Shown here piece after piece: positions 38,774-48,552 of a stretch of DNA of 64,000 nt (position 1 is its first letter; each line of letters begins with the position of its first letter). The notes below the pieces were generated by a model. That model had not been told where the DNA came from. It did no database searches and was given only the letters and a program-made list of their open reading frames with translations. The translations under genes and the position numbers were made by a program. The stretch covers positions 1,152,001 through 1,216,000 of the forward strand of contig CBDFJF010000001.1 in NCBI GenBank assembly GCA_965248265.1, in the 5' to 3' direction. Source of the stretch: Candidatus Latescibacterota bacterium (GTDB taxonomy: Bacteria; Latescibacterota; UBA2968; UBA8231).

Positions 38774-41700
38774 TTCACTGCATCAGCGATTACGGTGCGG
38801 CCATCTGCCTTGTCCGTTAGCTCGACATATGCAGACCCGGCCGGCAGACGATAAGTACCGATATGATTCCAGCCCTCCTCCAACTGAGCCAGGTCCAACT
38901 TTACGGGCTCGACGCCATCGTCGTGATACACCTGCAGATTCATCTCACTGCCCTGGCGATAACGGCCGCGGTGGTGGCGCCCCCCCCGCGATTCATTCAG
39001 AAGCCCGCAGTAGAAGTAGATCTCATACTCCCCGCTTCGATCGATCTCCGTTCGCCAGGAAACGGTGCTACGCCCATCACTGGCCCTCTTGTAACGGCCA
39101 GACAGCACGAACTGCCCGTAGAAGCGGTGATCCGTCGTCGCCTCCCAGGTTCCGGGCGGATCCCAGCGCATGCCCATGTACGGGGTCTCCCGTTCGCGCA
39201 GATCGAACCAGTCTACCAACAGACGTCGCAGGAAGTTCGCCTGCTCCGCCTCATGGACCTCGAAGCCCTCATCCTCGTTGTCTACGATATACTCGCTCGC
39301 CTCCGTCGGCGGGTCATCCGCCAGCATGGAAGTCTCCTCGCCCCTGAATGGCCGGGATCGGCGGCGAAGCTTCTGCTCCGAAAATGGGATGCTGATGATA
39401 GAGGGGATGTTCTGGGAGAGGTAGGTCTCCACCATCATCTCGGCCACCGGCCGGTCTGTCAGAATACCGATTCTTTTGCGCACTCCTGCCGGCATCGCGA
39501 TGACGGTCTCGTTTTCAACCTGTGCCTGTGTTCCGCGCATCCAGGGGCGCTCGTTGTTGCTTTCGCGCTGACGGAAACTCACCTCCACCAGTCCGTTCAC
39601 GGCGGTCGGGTTGCTGATCTCCACTTCGACTTGAGTCCGCGTGCGTTCACCATCGCGGACCAGGTAAGACTCCGCCTTGTCTACCTGGTACCCAGGCAAA
39701 TCCGGTGACCTGTACCAGCGCTCGACGATCGGCTCCGGATCTTCACCACTCAATTCCGAAATGAGACGAATCAGCTCTGCTTCGGACAGCCCCCGGTAGC
39801 GGCTGTCGTCGACCGCAGTGGTGAGCCGCTCAGCGAATTCTTCGGCCCCCGAGCTGGCCGCCAGCAGCTGCAACAGATGCCGGCCCTTGGCCTGGATAGC
39901 CGCCTTGCGCGTGTCGCGCGGCAGCTCTGTATCCCTGAGCAGGTCGGCCAGGCCTAGTTCCTTCACCGCCAGACTGGCGCGCTCGGTTGCCGTCAGACCT
40001 TGCCACCGCCTGGACATCATGTTCTCTGGCGGTTCGACCCGGTCGCGGAAATACGCCTCGAAGGCGTAGTTGAGAACTGGCCAGCGCTTCGAAGGCAGAT
40101 GTGTGACGTACGACAGGAAACAGGGCAGCAGCTTGTAGCGAGTCTCGACACCGGACTCGCTATCGAGGCTGCGCCAGACTGGAATCTCCAGCCCCAACAA
40201 GTCGAGCATGGCGAAGGTGCGCACATAACCGACTTGCAGATCCTCGGCCGTCTCAGCCTGGTTGGCCGATTCCTGTCTCCGCTTGGACTGCCGCTTCTGC
40301 CGGCGGAAATCGCAGCCCTCGCACAGGGCTCCCATTTCCGGCAGGAAGACGATTTCCGGCTGCACCGACTCCTGCGCCACCGTCCACAGACGCTCATAGG
40401 CGAAGAACTGAATCGGCGTCTCCACCAACGTGAACCGGGGATGGGGGTAGTTCATGCCCAGCGTCACCTCGTATTCGTTCCTGAGTTCGGTGATGAGCTC
40501 GGGCAATGCTCCAGCCACGGAGTCCAGGTAGGTGTCGAAGTAGTCATGCCCCGGCCTGATAGCCAGTCGATAGGTGACATCCTCGACGACGAGTTGCCGG
40601 ACCTCGTATTGACCCATCGTCAGCGACACCTGGGGCAGTGGGTCATCGGTGCGAAAGCGATGCACCCCGGTGAGCGAATCGACCTCGACGGTCCCCTGAG
40701 AAAACACCGACCATCCCTCGGGTGGCGTCACCGAAATCTCGTAGTCCGCGTAGTCACGGTGTCCGGGCTCGGGAAAGGCGGTCCCGGGGGGCACCCCGGC
40801 GCGTGGATACCAACCGGTCTCCGGCGTTAGGTGCACGAAATCAGGCCCCACCATGGAATACTGTTTCGGTACCGAATGCAGCCACAACCGGTACTGCGCC
40901 TCCATGCGTTCGTCCTCGACATCCAGATAGCAGAAGCGTTCATCGATACTACCCTGGTATTCCAGCCGCAGTTGCATGGTGTCCGCGGGTGCGAGGGCTT
41001 CGAGTGGGACCACGCGCAACAGGTGTTCATCCCGACGAAAGGTGAGCGCTGTTTCCTGAGCGGTGATCTCTTCGACTCTCAATCCCGGGTTCAGCGTCAG
41101 CAACAGCGTATCCAGTTCGGACGTGCCTTCATTCGTGATAGTCAGGTCGGCCGTAATCGCCAGTTGGTTCCCGCGTTCGTCGGCCACATCCAGCCGGCAC
41201 GCCGTCATGGTTGGAGCACTCAAGCGTGCCGCTTCACTACTCAACATGCGTAGGTGCTCCCTGTAGTCTCGCTCCGACCACCGGGCTTCCATGTAGGTGT
41301 ACCCGGACCAGCCAGCACCGCCCATGCAGCAGATCGCCACAACACCAGCACCCAGGGACGCCAGTCGCGATTGTGGCAGTCGGCTGCTCAGCAATGGCGT
41401 GATTGCGATGCATCCCAGGCCGAAAAGCAGATGCGTTCCCCGCACCAGCAATAGCTGTGTTTCATTGCCTGCCCCGATGAAATCGGACCAGTTCAGCGGT
41501 ACATGGAAAGCGAACACGTCGAAGAAGAAGTGGTAGCGGTACCCGACCATCGTCAGCGACACGATACCGATGGCGACGACCAGGACGAACACCAGGGCCT
41601 GGTTGCGCAGCAGCGTCACCAGCATTACGGCTAATCCAGTGGTGAATATCAGGGTGGGAATGACGGCCACCACGATCGCCATCACGTAAGGCTGCCATAT

Positions 41701-42123
41701 GAGTGGTACCGGCGCGAAGAAATGATGCAGCACAGCAGACACCACCAGGACGATCAGTTCGAGGACACCGAACACCGTTGCGACACCCAGTACCTTGCCG
41801 AACACGTAGTCGACGTTGGTAAAGGAGTGGACGAACACCGTTTGTACCGTGTCGTCGCGACGATCCCGTTTGACGAATTCGGTGGCCAGAAAGGCGGCGA
41901 TGGCACCCATGTAGACGTTGAGCAGTTTTATATTGCCCAGGGGCAGCCCCCCGGGCAGTGACACCACGAAGTGTGGCACATGAGACTGTGGCAAACTCAT
42001 GCCCATGTTGAACATGAACAGGAAAAACAGGGCGACTCCCAGAGACAGGCGGAATGCCCATGAGCGGCCCAGGAGTTTTGCCTCGCACAGGGCGATGTTG
42101 GCGATGGCACGCAGGTTGATCAC
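38755..42123 (-). CDS. ABC-2 permease fused to a degenerate M1-aminopeptidase-like periplasmic region and a golvesin/xanthan-lyase-like C-terminal domain
   Basis: Six N-terminal TMs (YVFGKVLG); LNPGL, LTPETGWYP, FTLVETP; C-terminal IVDNEDEGF...GWNHIGTY...VIADAVKW; no HEXXH. Confidence 0.72.
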   Translation of the reverse strand: MINLRAIANIALCEAKLLGRSWAFRLSLGVALFFLFMFNMGMSLPQSHVPHFVVSLPGGLPLGNIKLLNVYMGAIAAFLATEFVKRDRRDDTVQTVFVHSFTNVDYVFGKVLGVATVFGVLELIVLVVSAVLHHFFAPVPLIWQPYVMAIVVAVIPTLIFTTGLAVMLVTLLRNQALVFVLVVAIGIVSLTMVGYRYHFFFDVFAFHVPLNWSDFIGAGNETQLLLVRGTHLLFGLGCIAITPLLSSRLPQSRLASLGAGVVAICCMGGAGWSGYTYMEARWSERDYREHLRMLSSEAARLSAPTMTACRLDVADERGNQLAITADLTITNEGTSELDTLLLTLNPGLRVEEITAQETALTFRRDEHLLRVVPLEALAPADTMQLRLEYQGSIDERFCYLDVEDERMEAQYRLWLHSVPKQYSMVGPDFVHLTPETGWYPRAGVPPGTAFPEPGHRDYADYEISVTPPEGWSVFSQGTVEVDSLTGVHRFRTDDPLPQVSLTMGQYEVRQLVVEDVTYRLAIRPGHDYFDTYLDSVAGALPELITELRNEYEVTLGMNYPHPRFTLVETPIQFFAYERLWTVAQESVQPEIVFLPEMGALCEGCDFRRQKRQSKRRQESANQAETAEDLQVGYVRTFAMLDLLGLEIPVWRSLDSESGVETRYKLLPCFLSYVTHLPSKRWPVLNYAFEAYFRDRVEPPENMMSRRWQGLTATERASLAVKELGLADLLRDTELPRDTRKAAIQAKGRHLLQLLAASSGAEEFAERLTTAVDDSRYRGLSEAELIRLISELSGEDPEPIVERWYRSPDLPGYQVDKAESYLVRDGERTRTQVEVEISNPTAVNGLVEVSFRQRESNNERPWMRGTQAQVENETVIAMPAGVRKRIGILTDRPVAEMMVETYLSQNIPSIISIPFSEQKLRRRSRPFRGEETSMLADDPPTEASEYIVDNEDEGFEVHEAEQANFLRRLLVDWFDLRERETPYMGMRWDPPGTWEATTDHRFYGQFVLSGRYKRASDGRSTVSWRTEIDRSGEYEIYFYCGLLNESRGGRHHRGRYRQGSEMNLQVYHDDGVEPVKLDLAQLEEGWNHIGTYRLPAGSAYVELTDKADGRTVIADAVKWVEKL

Positions 42124-43118
42124 TGGTCCGGGCCATTCCCGGAAGAGTCGTCCGACACGATGTCGCCCGACACGATGTCGCCCGACACGACGTCGTCCGT
42201 TGCTTCCAGACTCATGTCCTGTCCGATCGACTGCATGTAATGGATGTAGGCGTCCTCGAGATTTGGATCGAGCGGCTCGGCCGATGGCGTTGGTTTTGCG
42301 TCAGCGACCATGCGGATTTCATACCCTTCAGCAGCCGGCACCATCGACACCACCGGATACCGCTCCCTCAGATGATCCGCTTCCTGAAACTCGGCCTCGA
42401 CCTTCCAGACCTTACCACGTGCCTTGGCCACCAGATCGGTCGGTGGGCCATTGTAGACGATCACTCCGTCGTTGAGCAGCGCTAGGTCAGTACAGGTCGA
42501 CGAGATGTCGCCGACGATGTGAGTGGACAGGATGATGATGATTTCGCCGCGCGCCAGATCAGCCAGTAGATTGCGGAAGCGCAACCGCTCCTGGGGGTCC
42601 AGGCCGGTAGTCGGTTCGTCGACGACCATGACGGCGGGATCGCCGATCAGGGTCTGGGCGATCCCCAGGCGCCGCTTCATACCGCCCGACAGTTTGCTGG
42701 CCTGGCGGTCACGCACCTCGAACAGACCGACCTGCTCGAGCAGGCCGTCGACACGTTCGCGCCGCTCTTTCTTGCGGTACAGACCAGCGAGCGATGCCGC
42801 ATAGTCGAGAAACTCCCAGGTCGCCAGCTTGGGAAAGCGGCTGAAATCCTGGGATAGATAGCCGATCAAGCGGCGGATCTTCGCCCGGTCTCGCTGCAGA
42901 TCGAGGTCGTCGAAACGGACCTCACCCGCCGTCGGCGTCAGCAGGGTCACCAGGATCTTGATCAGCGTCGTCTTGCCGGCGCCGTTGGGGCCCAACAGGC
43001 CGAACATGCCGTTGCCGATCGTCAGATCGACGTCGCGCAAAGCATGGTGGCCTCCTTTGTACTGCTTGCTCAGCTGCCGGATGTCGATACGCAAGAAACG
43101 ATCTCCTTCGGGGCTCAT
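42120..43118 (-). CDS. ABC transporter ATP-binding protein
   Basis: GPNGAGKTT, LSGGMKRR, VVDEPT, STH. Confidence 0.95.
   Translation of the reverse strand: MSPEGDRFLRIDIRQLSKQYKGGHHALRDVDLTIGNGMFGLLGPNGAGKTTLIKILVTLLTPTAGEVRFDDLDLQRDRAKIRRLIGYLSQDFSRFPKLATWEFLDYAASLAGLYRKKERRERVDGLLEQVGLFEVRDRQASKLSGGMKRRLGIAQTLIGDPAVMVVDEPTTGLDPQERLRFRNLLADLARGEIIIILSTHIVGDISSTCTDLALLNDGVIVYNGPPTDLVAKARGKVWKVEAEFQEADHLRERYPVVSMVPAAEGYEIRMVADAKPTPSAEPLDPNLEDAYIHYMQSIGQDMSLEATDDVVSGDIVSGDIVSDDSSGNGPDQ
42152..42196. repeat. 15-bp tandem repeat x3 (in frame, D[VI]VSG)
   Basis: CCGACACGATGTCGC x2 plus CCGACACGACGTCGT. Confidence 0.85.
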
Positions 43119-43247
43119 TCACATTGAATAATTAGGTGAACCCTGTCCAGGTGTGCGAATCGACTACTCTCCGTACTCGTCCGCTTCGTATCTTTGACTA
43201 TCCTGTGGGCAGTTCAGACTGGTCAGGCGCTATCGACGCGGTATCCC

Positions 43248-44471
43248 ATGCGAATCACTCGAATCATCGATCGGCTCAACGTCGGCGGCCCAGCCAAGCA
43301 CGTGGCCTGGTTGACGGTGGGTCTGGATGCGGCGAACGGCTTTGACACTGTCCTGATCACGGGCACAGTCCCCGCCGGCGAAGATGACATGAGCTACTTC
43401 GCCCGCGATGCCGGAATCGAGCCAGTAGTACTCAAATCAATGAGTCGCGAGCTCAGCTTGATGGATGTCTTCGTGGTCTTCCAACTGGTGGCCCTGTTCC
43501 GGCGGCAGTCGCCCCACATCATTCACACCCACAAATCAAAGGCCGGCGCCGTGGGACGCGTTGCCGCCTGGATCTACAAGTGGCTAACTCCTGGAACGCT
43601 GTTGTTACGGCCCAGGCAGTGCCGCGTCGTCCACACCTATCACGGACATGTACTGCACAGCTACTTCGGCCCTCTCAAGACTCGCCTCTTCATCGCCATC
43701 GAGCGCCTGCTGGCTCGCTGCACCGATCGAATCATCGTCATCAGCGAACAACAGCGACAGGAACTGTCCGAGCACTTTCGCATCGGCCGGCTGGAGCAGT
43801 ACCAGGTCGTACCGCTGGGTCTCGATCTGGAAGAAGGACAAGCTTCCTCTGGTGAGTTGCGGCGGGAGCTGGGACTGCAGCCATCGGATCTGCTCATCGG
43901 CATCGTCGGCCGCTTGAGTCAGATAAAAAACCACGGCATGCTATTAGAGGCCTCAGCGAAACTGTTTGAGGAGGCGCCTGAACTTGGCCAGCAGGTGCGT
44001 ATTGTCGTCATCGGCGATGGTGAGTTGCGCCCCCAATTAGAATCACGTGCTGAAGAGCTCGCCCTCTCCGACAAGGTCATCTTTGCCGGCTTCCGCAGCG
44101 ACGTCATATCACTCTACAACGAGTTCGACCTCATCGCCCTCACCTCGTTGAACGAAGGCACGCCACTTACCCTGATCGAAGCCATGCGCGCCGGCTGCCC
44201 CGTCGTGTCCACTGAAGCAGGCGGCGTCATAGACATTCTCGGATCGCGCGCGTCGCCCGATTCAGAATCTGCCTTCACCCTGTGGGACCACGGTGCCACC
44301 GCACCAACGCGCGACACCCGCGCCTTCACCGATGCCCTGCGTTACCTGCTCGAACAACCGGACCTGCGCCGGGACATGGGTGCTCGAGCCCGGTCCTTCG
44401 TGCAGACCCACTTTTCCAAGGAGCGGATGATCGCCGAAATCGAGACCCTTTACCGCGCGTTGAACAGATGA
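43248..44471 (+). CDS. Glycosyltransferase family 4
   Basis: RLNVGGPA, HTHKSKAG, HTYHGH, EGTPLTLIEAM. Confidence 0.92.
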   Translation: MRITRIIDRLNVGGPAKHVAWLTVGLDAANGFDTVLITGTVPAGEDDMSYFARDAGIEPVVLKSMSRELSLMDVFVVFQLVALFRRQSPHIIHTHKSKAGAVGRVAAWIYKWLTPGTLLLRPRQCRVVHTYHGHVLHSYFGPLKTRLFIAIERLLARCTDRIIVISEQQRQELSEHFRIGRLEQYQVVPLGLDLEEGQASSGELRRELGLQPSDLLIGIVGRLSQIKNHGMLLEASAKLFEEAPELGQQVRIVVIGDGELRPQLESRAEELALSDKVIFAGFRSDVISLYNEFDLIALTSLNEGTPLTLIEAMRAGCPVVSTEAGGVIDILGSRASPDSESAFTLWDHGATAPTRDTRAFTDALRYLLEQPDLRRDMGARARSFVQTHFSKERMIAEIETLYRALNR

Positions 44472-44995
44472 ATACACTCGAGATGACCCGGTGGGAGTAC
44501 TGCCCTCGCTGCGGCCAGGCAGAAATGCAGCACCGGGGAGACGCCGCCCTCGAATGCACGAAATGTCACTACCTCTATTATCACAGTGCCGTTGCTGCAG
44601 TTGTAGGCATCGTCCAGCACGAAAGCAAGATCATCATCACCAGGCGAGCCAACGATCCGGGAAAGGGACTGCTTGCCATCCCGGGTGGATTCGTCGAACA
44701 CGGGGAGACCCTGGAGGAGACGCTGGTGCGCGAATTACACGAAGAGTTGAACCTCGACGTAACCGCGCCCAGCTACCTGGCTTCCTTTGCCAGCGAGTAC
44801 CTCTTCCGCGACGTACTCTACCGGACAGCCGTCGCCTACTTCGTCGTCACTGACACGGACATCACCCAGGCCCGGGCAGCCGACGACATCGATCACTTTG
44901 AACTCGTGAAGCCCGATGACATCGACGGCAGTAAGCTCGCCTTTGAAGTGGACAAGCTGGCACTGCTTCGGTACTGCGATTGGCGTACCCGTTGA
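44468..44995 (+). CDS. NUDIX hydrolase with N-terminal zinc ribbon
   Basis: CPRCG...CTKC; Nudix box GGFVEHGETLEETLVRELHEELNL. Confidence 0.9.
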   Translation: MNTLEMTRWEYCPRCGQAEMQHRGDAALECTKCHYLYYHSAVAAVVGIVQHESKIIITRRANDPGKGLLAIPGGFVEHGETLEETLVRELHEELNLDVTAPSYLASFASEYLFRDVLYRTAVAYFVVTDTDITQARAADDIDHFELVKPDDIDGSKLAFEVDKLALLRYCDWRTR

Positions 44996-44998
44996 CTA

Positions 44999-46063
44999 AT
45001 GCCCAGCATGCCCGGCGTCGATAAAGCCACCATACTCGCTCGCCGCCTCGTCACCCAGGGCTTGAGTGTTCCAGCGACAAGCCGTGACGGATACCTGAAG
45101 CTCGTTCGCCGCTTACAGCCCATCACCCCTGTCGCCTTCACCATGCCAGGCCATCCACCGCGACTCGTGCATCGCACGACCTTCGATGACGGCGCCCTTG
45201 CCGACGAGTTTCGGAGTCGCCGCGAGCTCGTCAAGGGCCGCTTCCTCGGCGGCAACGTCAGCTACGTGTTAGCCGAAGATCTTCAACTCTACGCCACCGC
45301 CTTTCGCAAACCGCTCACCACGACGACGCCGATTCAGGAGCGCGTGCTGCAGGCGTTGCGCTACACAGAAGAGTTGAGCACGCGGCAACTCAGCGAAGAA
45401 ACGGGACTCAAGAACAAGCAGCTCACGCCGGCCCTTCACCGGCTGCAGCAAGCCTGTCTGGTCTTCGAGGATCAAGAAGACAGCTCGTGGGCACGCCCGT
45501 GGTCATTGATGGAACGCGCCTGGCCTAAACTCGACCTGGACCACCAACCGGCAGAAGACGCCATCGTTGAGGTGCTCTGTCGCTTTTTGCAGGGCTTCGT
45601 TTGCGCCACCTTCGAACAATTCAAGAACTGGACTCGATTGCCCGCCCGCTCTCTGCGCAAGGCGCTGGCTCAGGGCGAGCGCAACGGTGTCCTGGTGACC
45701 GGGGACGTACCTGACCTGCCCCCGGTTTGGATGTGCCCCGAGGACCGCCACGGCGATTTGTCCCAGCCCCAACCCAGCGTGTTCATGCTCCACCGGTCCG
45801 ACCCCCTCGTGCTCGCCGAACAGTGTGCCCTCAAGAAGCAATACGCCAAACACGAGGTGTTGCAGTACCTCCTCATCGATGGCGAATTCCGTGGAGCCGT
45901 GTGCGGCCACTGGCGAATCGGACCGCATGATGTCGACGACGTCATCCTCGACCTGCCCGTTGCCCAATGCACCTCACGCAGACGGGCTATTCTGGAAGCT
46001 GTGGCAGCGCACTATCACCCTCCCGGGCACCACATTCTGCGTTACACCGGGAAAAATATCTAA
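44999..46063 (+). CDS. Winged-helix AlkZ/YcaQ-like DNA glycosylase family protein
   Basis: TQGL...LQP, LVKGRFLGG, wHTH, LHRSDP, LIDGEFRG..W. Confidence 0.6.
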   Translation: MPSMPGVDKATILARRLVTQGLSVPATSRDGYLKLVRRLQPITPVAFTMPGHPPRLVHRTTFDDGALADEFRSRRELVKGRFLGGNVSYVLAEDLQLYATAFRKPLTTTTPIQERVLQALRYTEELSTRQLSEETGLKNKQLTPALHRLQQACLVFEDQEDSSWARPWSLMERAWPKLDLDHQPAEDAIVEVLCRFLQGFVCATFEQFKNWTRLPARSLRKALAQGERNGVLVTGDVPDLPPVWMCPEDRHGDLSQPQPSVFMLHRSDPLVLAEQCALKKQYAKHEVLQYLLIDGEFRGAVCGHWRIGPHDVDDVILDLPVAQCTSRRRAILEAVAAHYHPPGHHILRYTGKNI

Positions 46064-46104
46064 GGCCAGGTACCAGACAGGATCCGCTTGCAGCAGCCAG
46101 TGGG

Positions 46105-46183
46105 TGTGATGCCGATCACAAAGGACGTGATGCCGATCACAAAGGACGTGATGCCGATCACAGAAGACGTGATTTCGCACACA
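46105..46183. repeat. 21-bp tandem repeat (3 full copies plus 1 degenerate), each with a CRP/FNR-type palindrome
   Basis: TGTGA-TGCCGA-TCACA, CGTGA-TGCCGA-TCACA x2, CGTGA-TTTCGC-ACACA. Confidence 0.85.
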
Positions 46184-46391
46184 GAAATTCCCGTTTGTTT
46201 CGACGATATTGCCCCCCTGGGCCCGATCCTATTTGGTCTACTTAGCACGTTGACCACCCCTTTTACACGTTCTACCTGCTCGCTGCGAAAAAAGGACGAC
46301 GAAGGCGCGATTGTGCCATGGCATTCCATCGTCTGCCGCACGACGTTCTGGTACGTACGATGCACTCGCTTTTAACCCAAAGGTGCAGGCT

Positions 46392-47144
46392 ATGCCCGAC
46401 GAATCGGTGCTGATCGTCGAAGATGAGGCGATCGTCGCCGCACACCTTTCTGATACCGTCCAGAAATTGGGTTACGACGTTCTGGAAGTCGTCTCGTCCG
46501 GCACCACAGCAGTCACCAGGGTGGCCCAGTTGAAGCCCGATCTCGTGCTCATGGACATCACCCTTGACGGCGACAAGGATGGTGTGATGGCCGCGCAGAC
46601 CATCGGCCAGCGTTTCAAGATTCCCGTCGTCTTCGTCACCGCTCACACCGACCGCAACACCATCGACCGGGCACGCGCCACCAACCCAAGTGGCTACGTC
46701 GTCAAACCCTTTGACGAGGACACGATCGGTGCCGCCATCAGCAAGGCACTCGAGGGATCGGACCCGAAACCGGCAGCGGCCGCGAGTCGCGCTTCGATTC
46801 TCATCATCGATGACATGGCCCACACTCAGGCGACCCTCGTCGATCTGCTGGCGCGCAAACACACGGTCAAGCAATCGCCATCCGTTGCCCATGCAAGGCA
46901 GATGCTGGCCTCGGCTCCCTTCGACTTGATCGTCGTCAACATCGGTGTCTCAGACGCCCTGGGTGGCGTGGCCATCCGTGAACTTCGAAGAGAGGTACTC
47001 GTCGAGACGCCCGTGATCGTGGTAGCCGACCGCGTCGACCGTGAAATGACTGCGTTGCTCAGATCGGAAGTCTCCGCCATTCTCATGACCTCACAGCTCG
47101 CCTCCCGCCTCGAGGACTCGGTCAATCACGCACTGACGAAATAG
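46392..47144 (+). CDS. Response regulator with two receiver domains and no output domain
   Basis: REC1: VEDE, LMDI, TA, KPF; REC2: IIDD, VVNIG (Asp replaced by Asn). Confidence 0.85.
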   Translation: MPDESVLIVEDEAIVAAHLSDTVQKLGYDVLEVVSSGTTAVTRVAQLKPDLVLMDITLDGDKDGVMAAQTIGQRFKIPVVFVTAHTDRNTIDRARATNPSGYVVKPFDEDTIGAAISKALEGSDPKPAAAASRASILIIDDMAHTQATLVDLLARKHTVKQSPSVAHARQMLASAPFDLIVVNIGVSDALGGVAIRELRREVLVETPVIVVADRVDREMTALLRSEVSAILMTSQLASRLEDSVNHALTK

Positions 47145-47232
47145 CTCGATTCGTTGGTGTCCTGTCTCACGCGATTGACCGGATACTCCAAAAGCCTCTT
47201 TATCCACTGAGAGGATTTGGAGTCTCCATGTC

Positions 47233-48552
47233 TTGAATGATGCCAGTGACCCCCTTCCAAAGGAAACCCGCGAACGCGGTCAGCGCCGCCTGATACTGTA
47301 CCTGATCACGGGGTCGATCGTCGGACAATTCATCGTCTCGAACGCCCCCCTGTTCCTGCTGGCCCTCGGGGCATCCCCCTTCCACATCGGCCTGCTGGCC
47401 ACCCTGATCAAGCTTGCGAGTACCTCGCGACTGGTTGGCGCCCGAGCCCTGCCCTACTTGGGCAAGACGCGCACCCTCTACCTCGGGCGGGCGCTCGGCA
47501 GCATCGGCCCGTTCCTGCTCGTTCCGGTTGCGTTGGCGACCGATCTGGGCTCGGATGCGATCTGGCTCGCCATCGGCCTGGTGGTGCTGCGCCAACTCGT
47601 CGTACAGGCTGGCGGCGCAGGCTTCTGGCCGCTGATTCAGGACAACACCTCGACCTCGTCACTCTCCGGGTTCATAACCCGGCAAAAAATCACCCAGCGG
47701 GTGCTCGCCCTCGCCGTTCCGCTGGTCGCCGGTTGGTACCTGGGGTCACAGCTATCCGCGGCGCGATTTGCCCTTCCCTTTGCGCTGACCGCGGCCGTGG
47801 GAGTCACTGGCGCCTGGTGGGTTCGCAGCATCTCCGAGCGCACGCTACCGAAACCGACGGAACGCTACCTTTCCCGTCTACGGTCGGTCCTGAGATTCTC
47901 AGCGGTGCGCGGATACATCCTCTGTTTCGGCCTGTGTGCCTTCGTCAGCACGGCGTCCATGACCTTCTGGGTCGTTGTCCTGTACGAACGCGGCATGCCC
48001 GTGGACTACTACGTGTGGCTGACCGCCCTCGCCGCTCTGGGCGAAGTACTGACGCTGTACGGATGGGGTCGTCTCATCGAAGCTCATGGTTACCGGGCCG
48101 TGCTCACCGCGACCCTCATGTTTCTCGGATTGGCCGCGCCGGTGTGGCTGACCCTTCCCGTGGAAACAACACCCCTCATAATCTGGGGTGCCGTGTTCTA
48201 CTTCTTGTGGGGCGTGTTCGTCGGCGGCTTGAACTTCGGCGAGACGCGAGCGATGATCGACGCGGTGCCGGATGGATATCAGGGCGAGGGCTTCGCGGTG
48301 ATGGCGTTCTTCAGCTCGGTAACGGCGGCCCTTGGAGCCTTCGTCGGCGGCCTCGTTTTCGAATGGGCCAACAGTATCCCCTCTGCTACGGACGGCTCGG
48401 AGCCCACCCTCATCTATCTCACGGTCACCCAGTCGTTGTTGATCTGTGGATGGTTTCTGTGCAGGCTCTTGAAGGGTTACCGTGATCAGCCATCCCTGGC
48501 GGCCCTCCTTGGACGGCAGGCCCGGCGCTGCTTGGGGCAATCTGCCGGCTAA
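47233..48552 (+). CDS. MFS transporter
   Basis: About 12 TM segments; LGASPFHIG, WGRLIEAHG loop motif. Confidence 0.82.
   Translation: MNDASDPLPKETRERGQRRLILYLITGSIVGQFIVSNAPLFLLALGASPFHIGLLATLIKLASTSRLVGARALPYLGKTRTLYLGRALGSIGPFLLVPVALATDLGSDAIWLAIGLVVLRQLVVQAGGAGFWPLIQDNTSTSSLSGFITRQKITQRVLALAVPLVAGWYLGSQLSAARFALPFALTAAVGVTGAWWVRSISERTLPKPTERYLSRLRSVLRFSAVRGYILCFGLCAFVSTASMTFWVVVLYERGMPVDYYVWLTALAALGEVLTLYGWGRLIEAHGYRAVLTATLMFLGLAAPVWLTLPVETTPLIIWGAVFYFLWGVFVGGLNFGETRAMIDAVPDGYQGEGFAVMAFFSSVTAALGAFVGGLVFEWANSIPSATDGSEPTLIYLTVTQSLLICGWFLCRLLKGYRDQPSLAALLGRQARRCLGQSAG

Noticed and set aside
46105-46183. Possible mini CRISPR array
   Set aside because: The unit is only 21 bp with no unique spacers, and no cas genes are in the window
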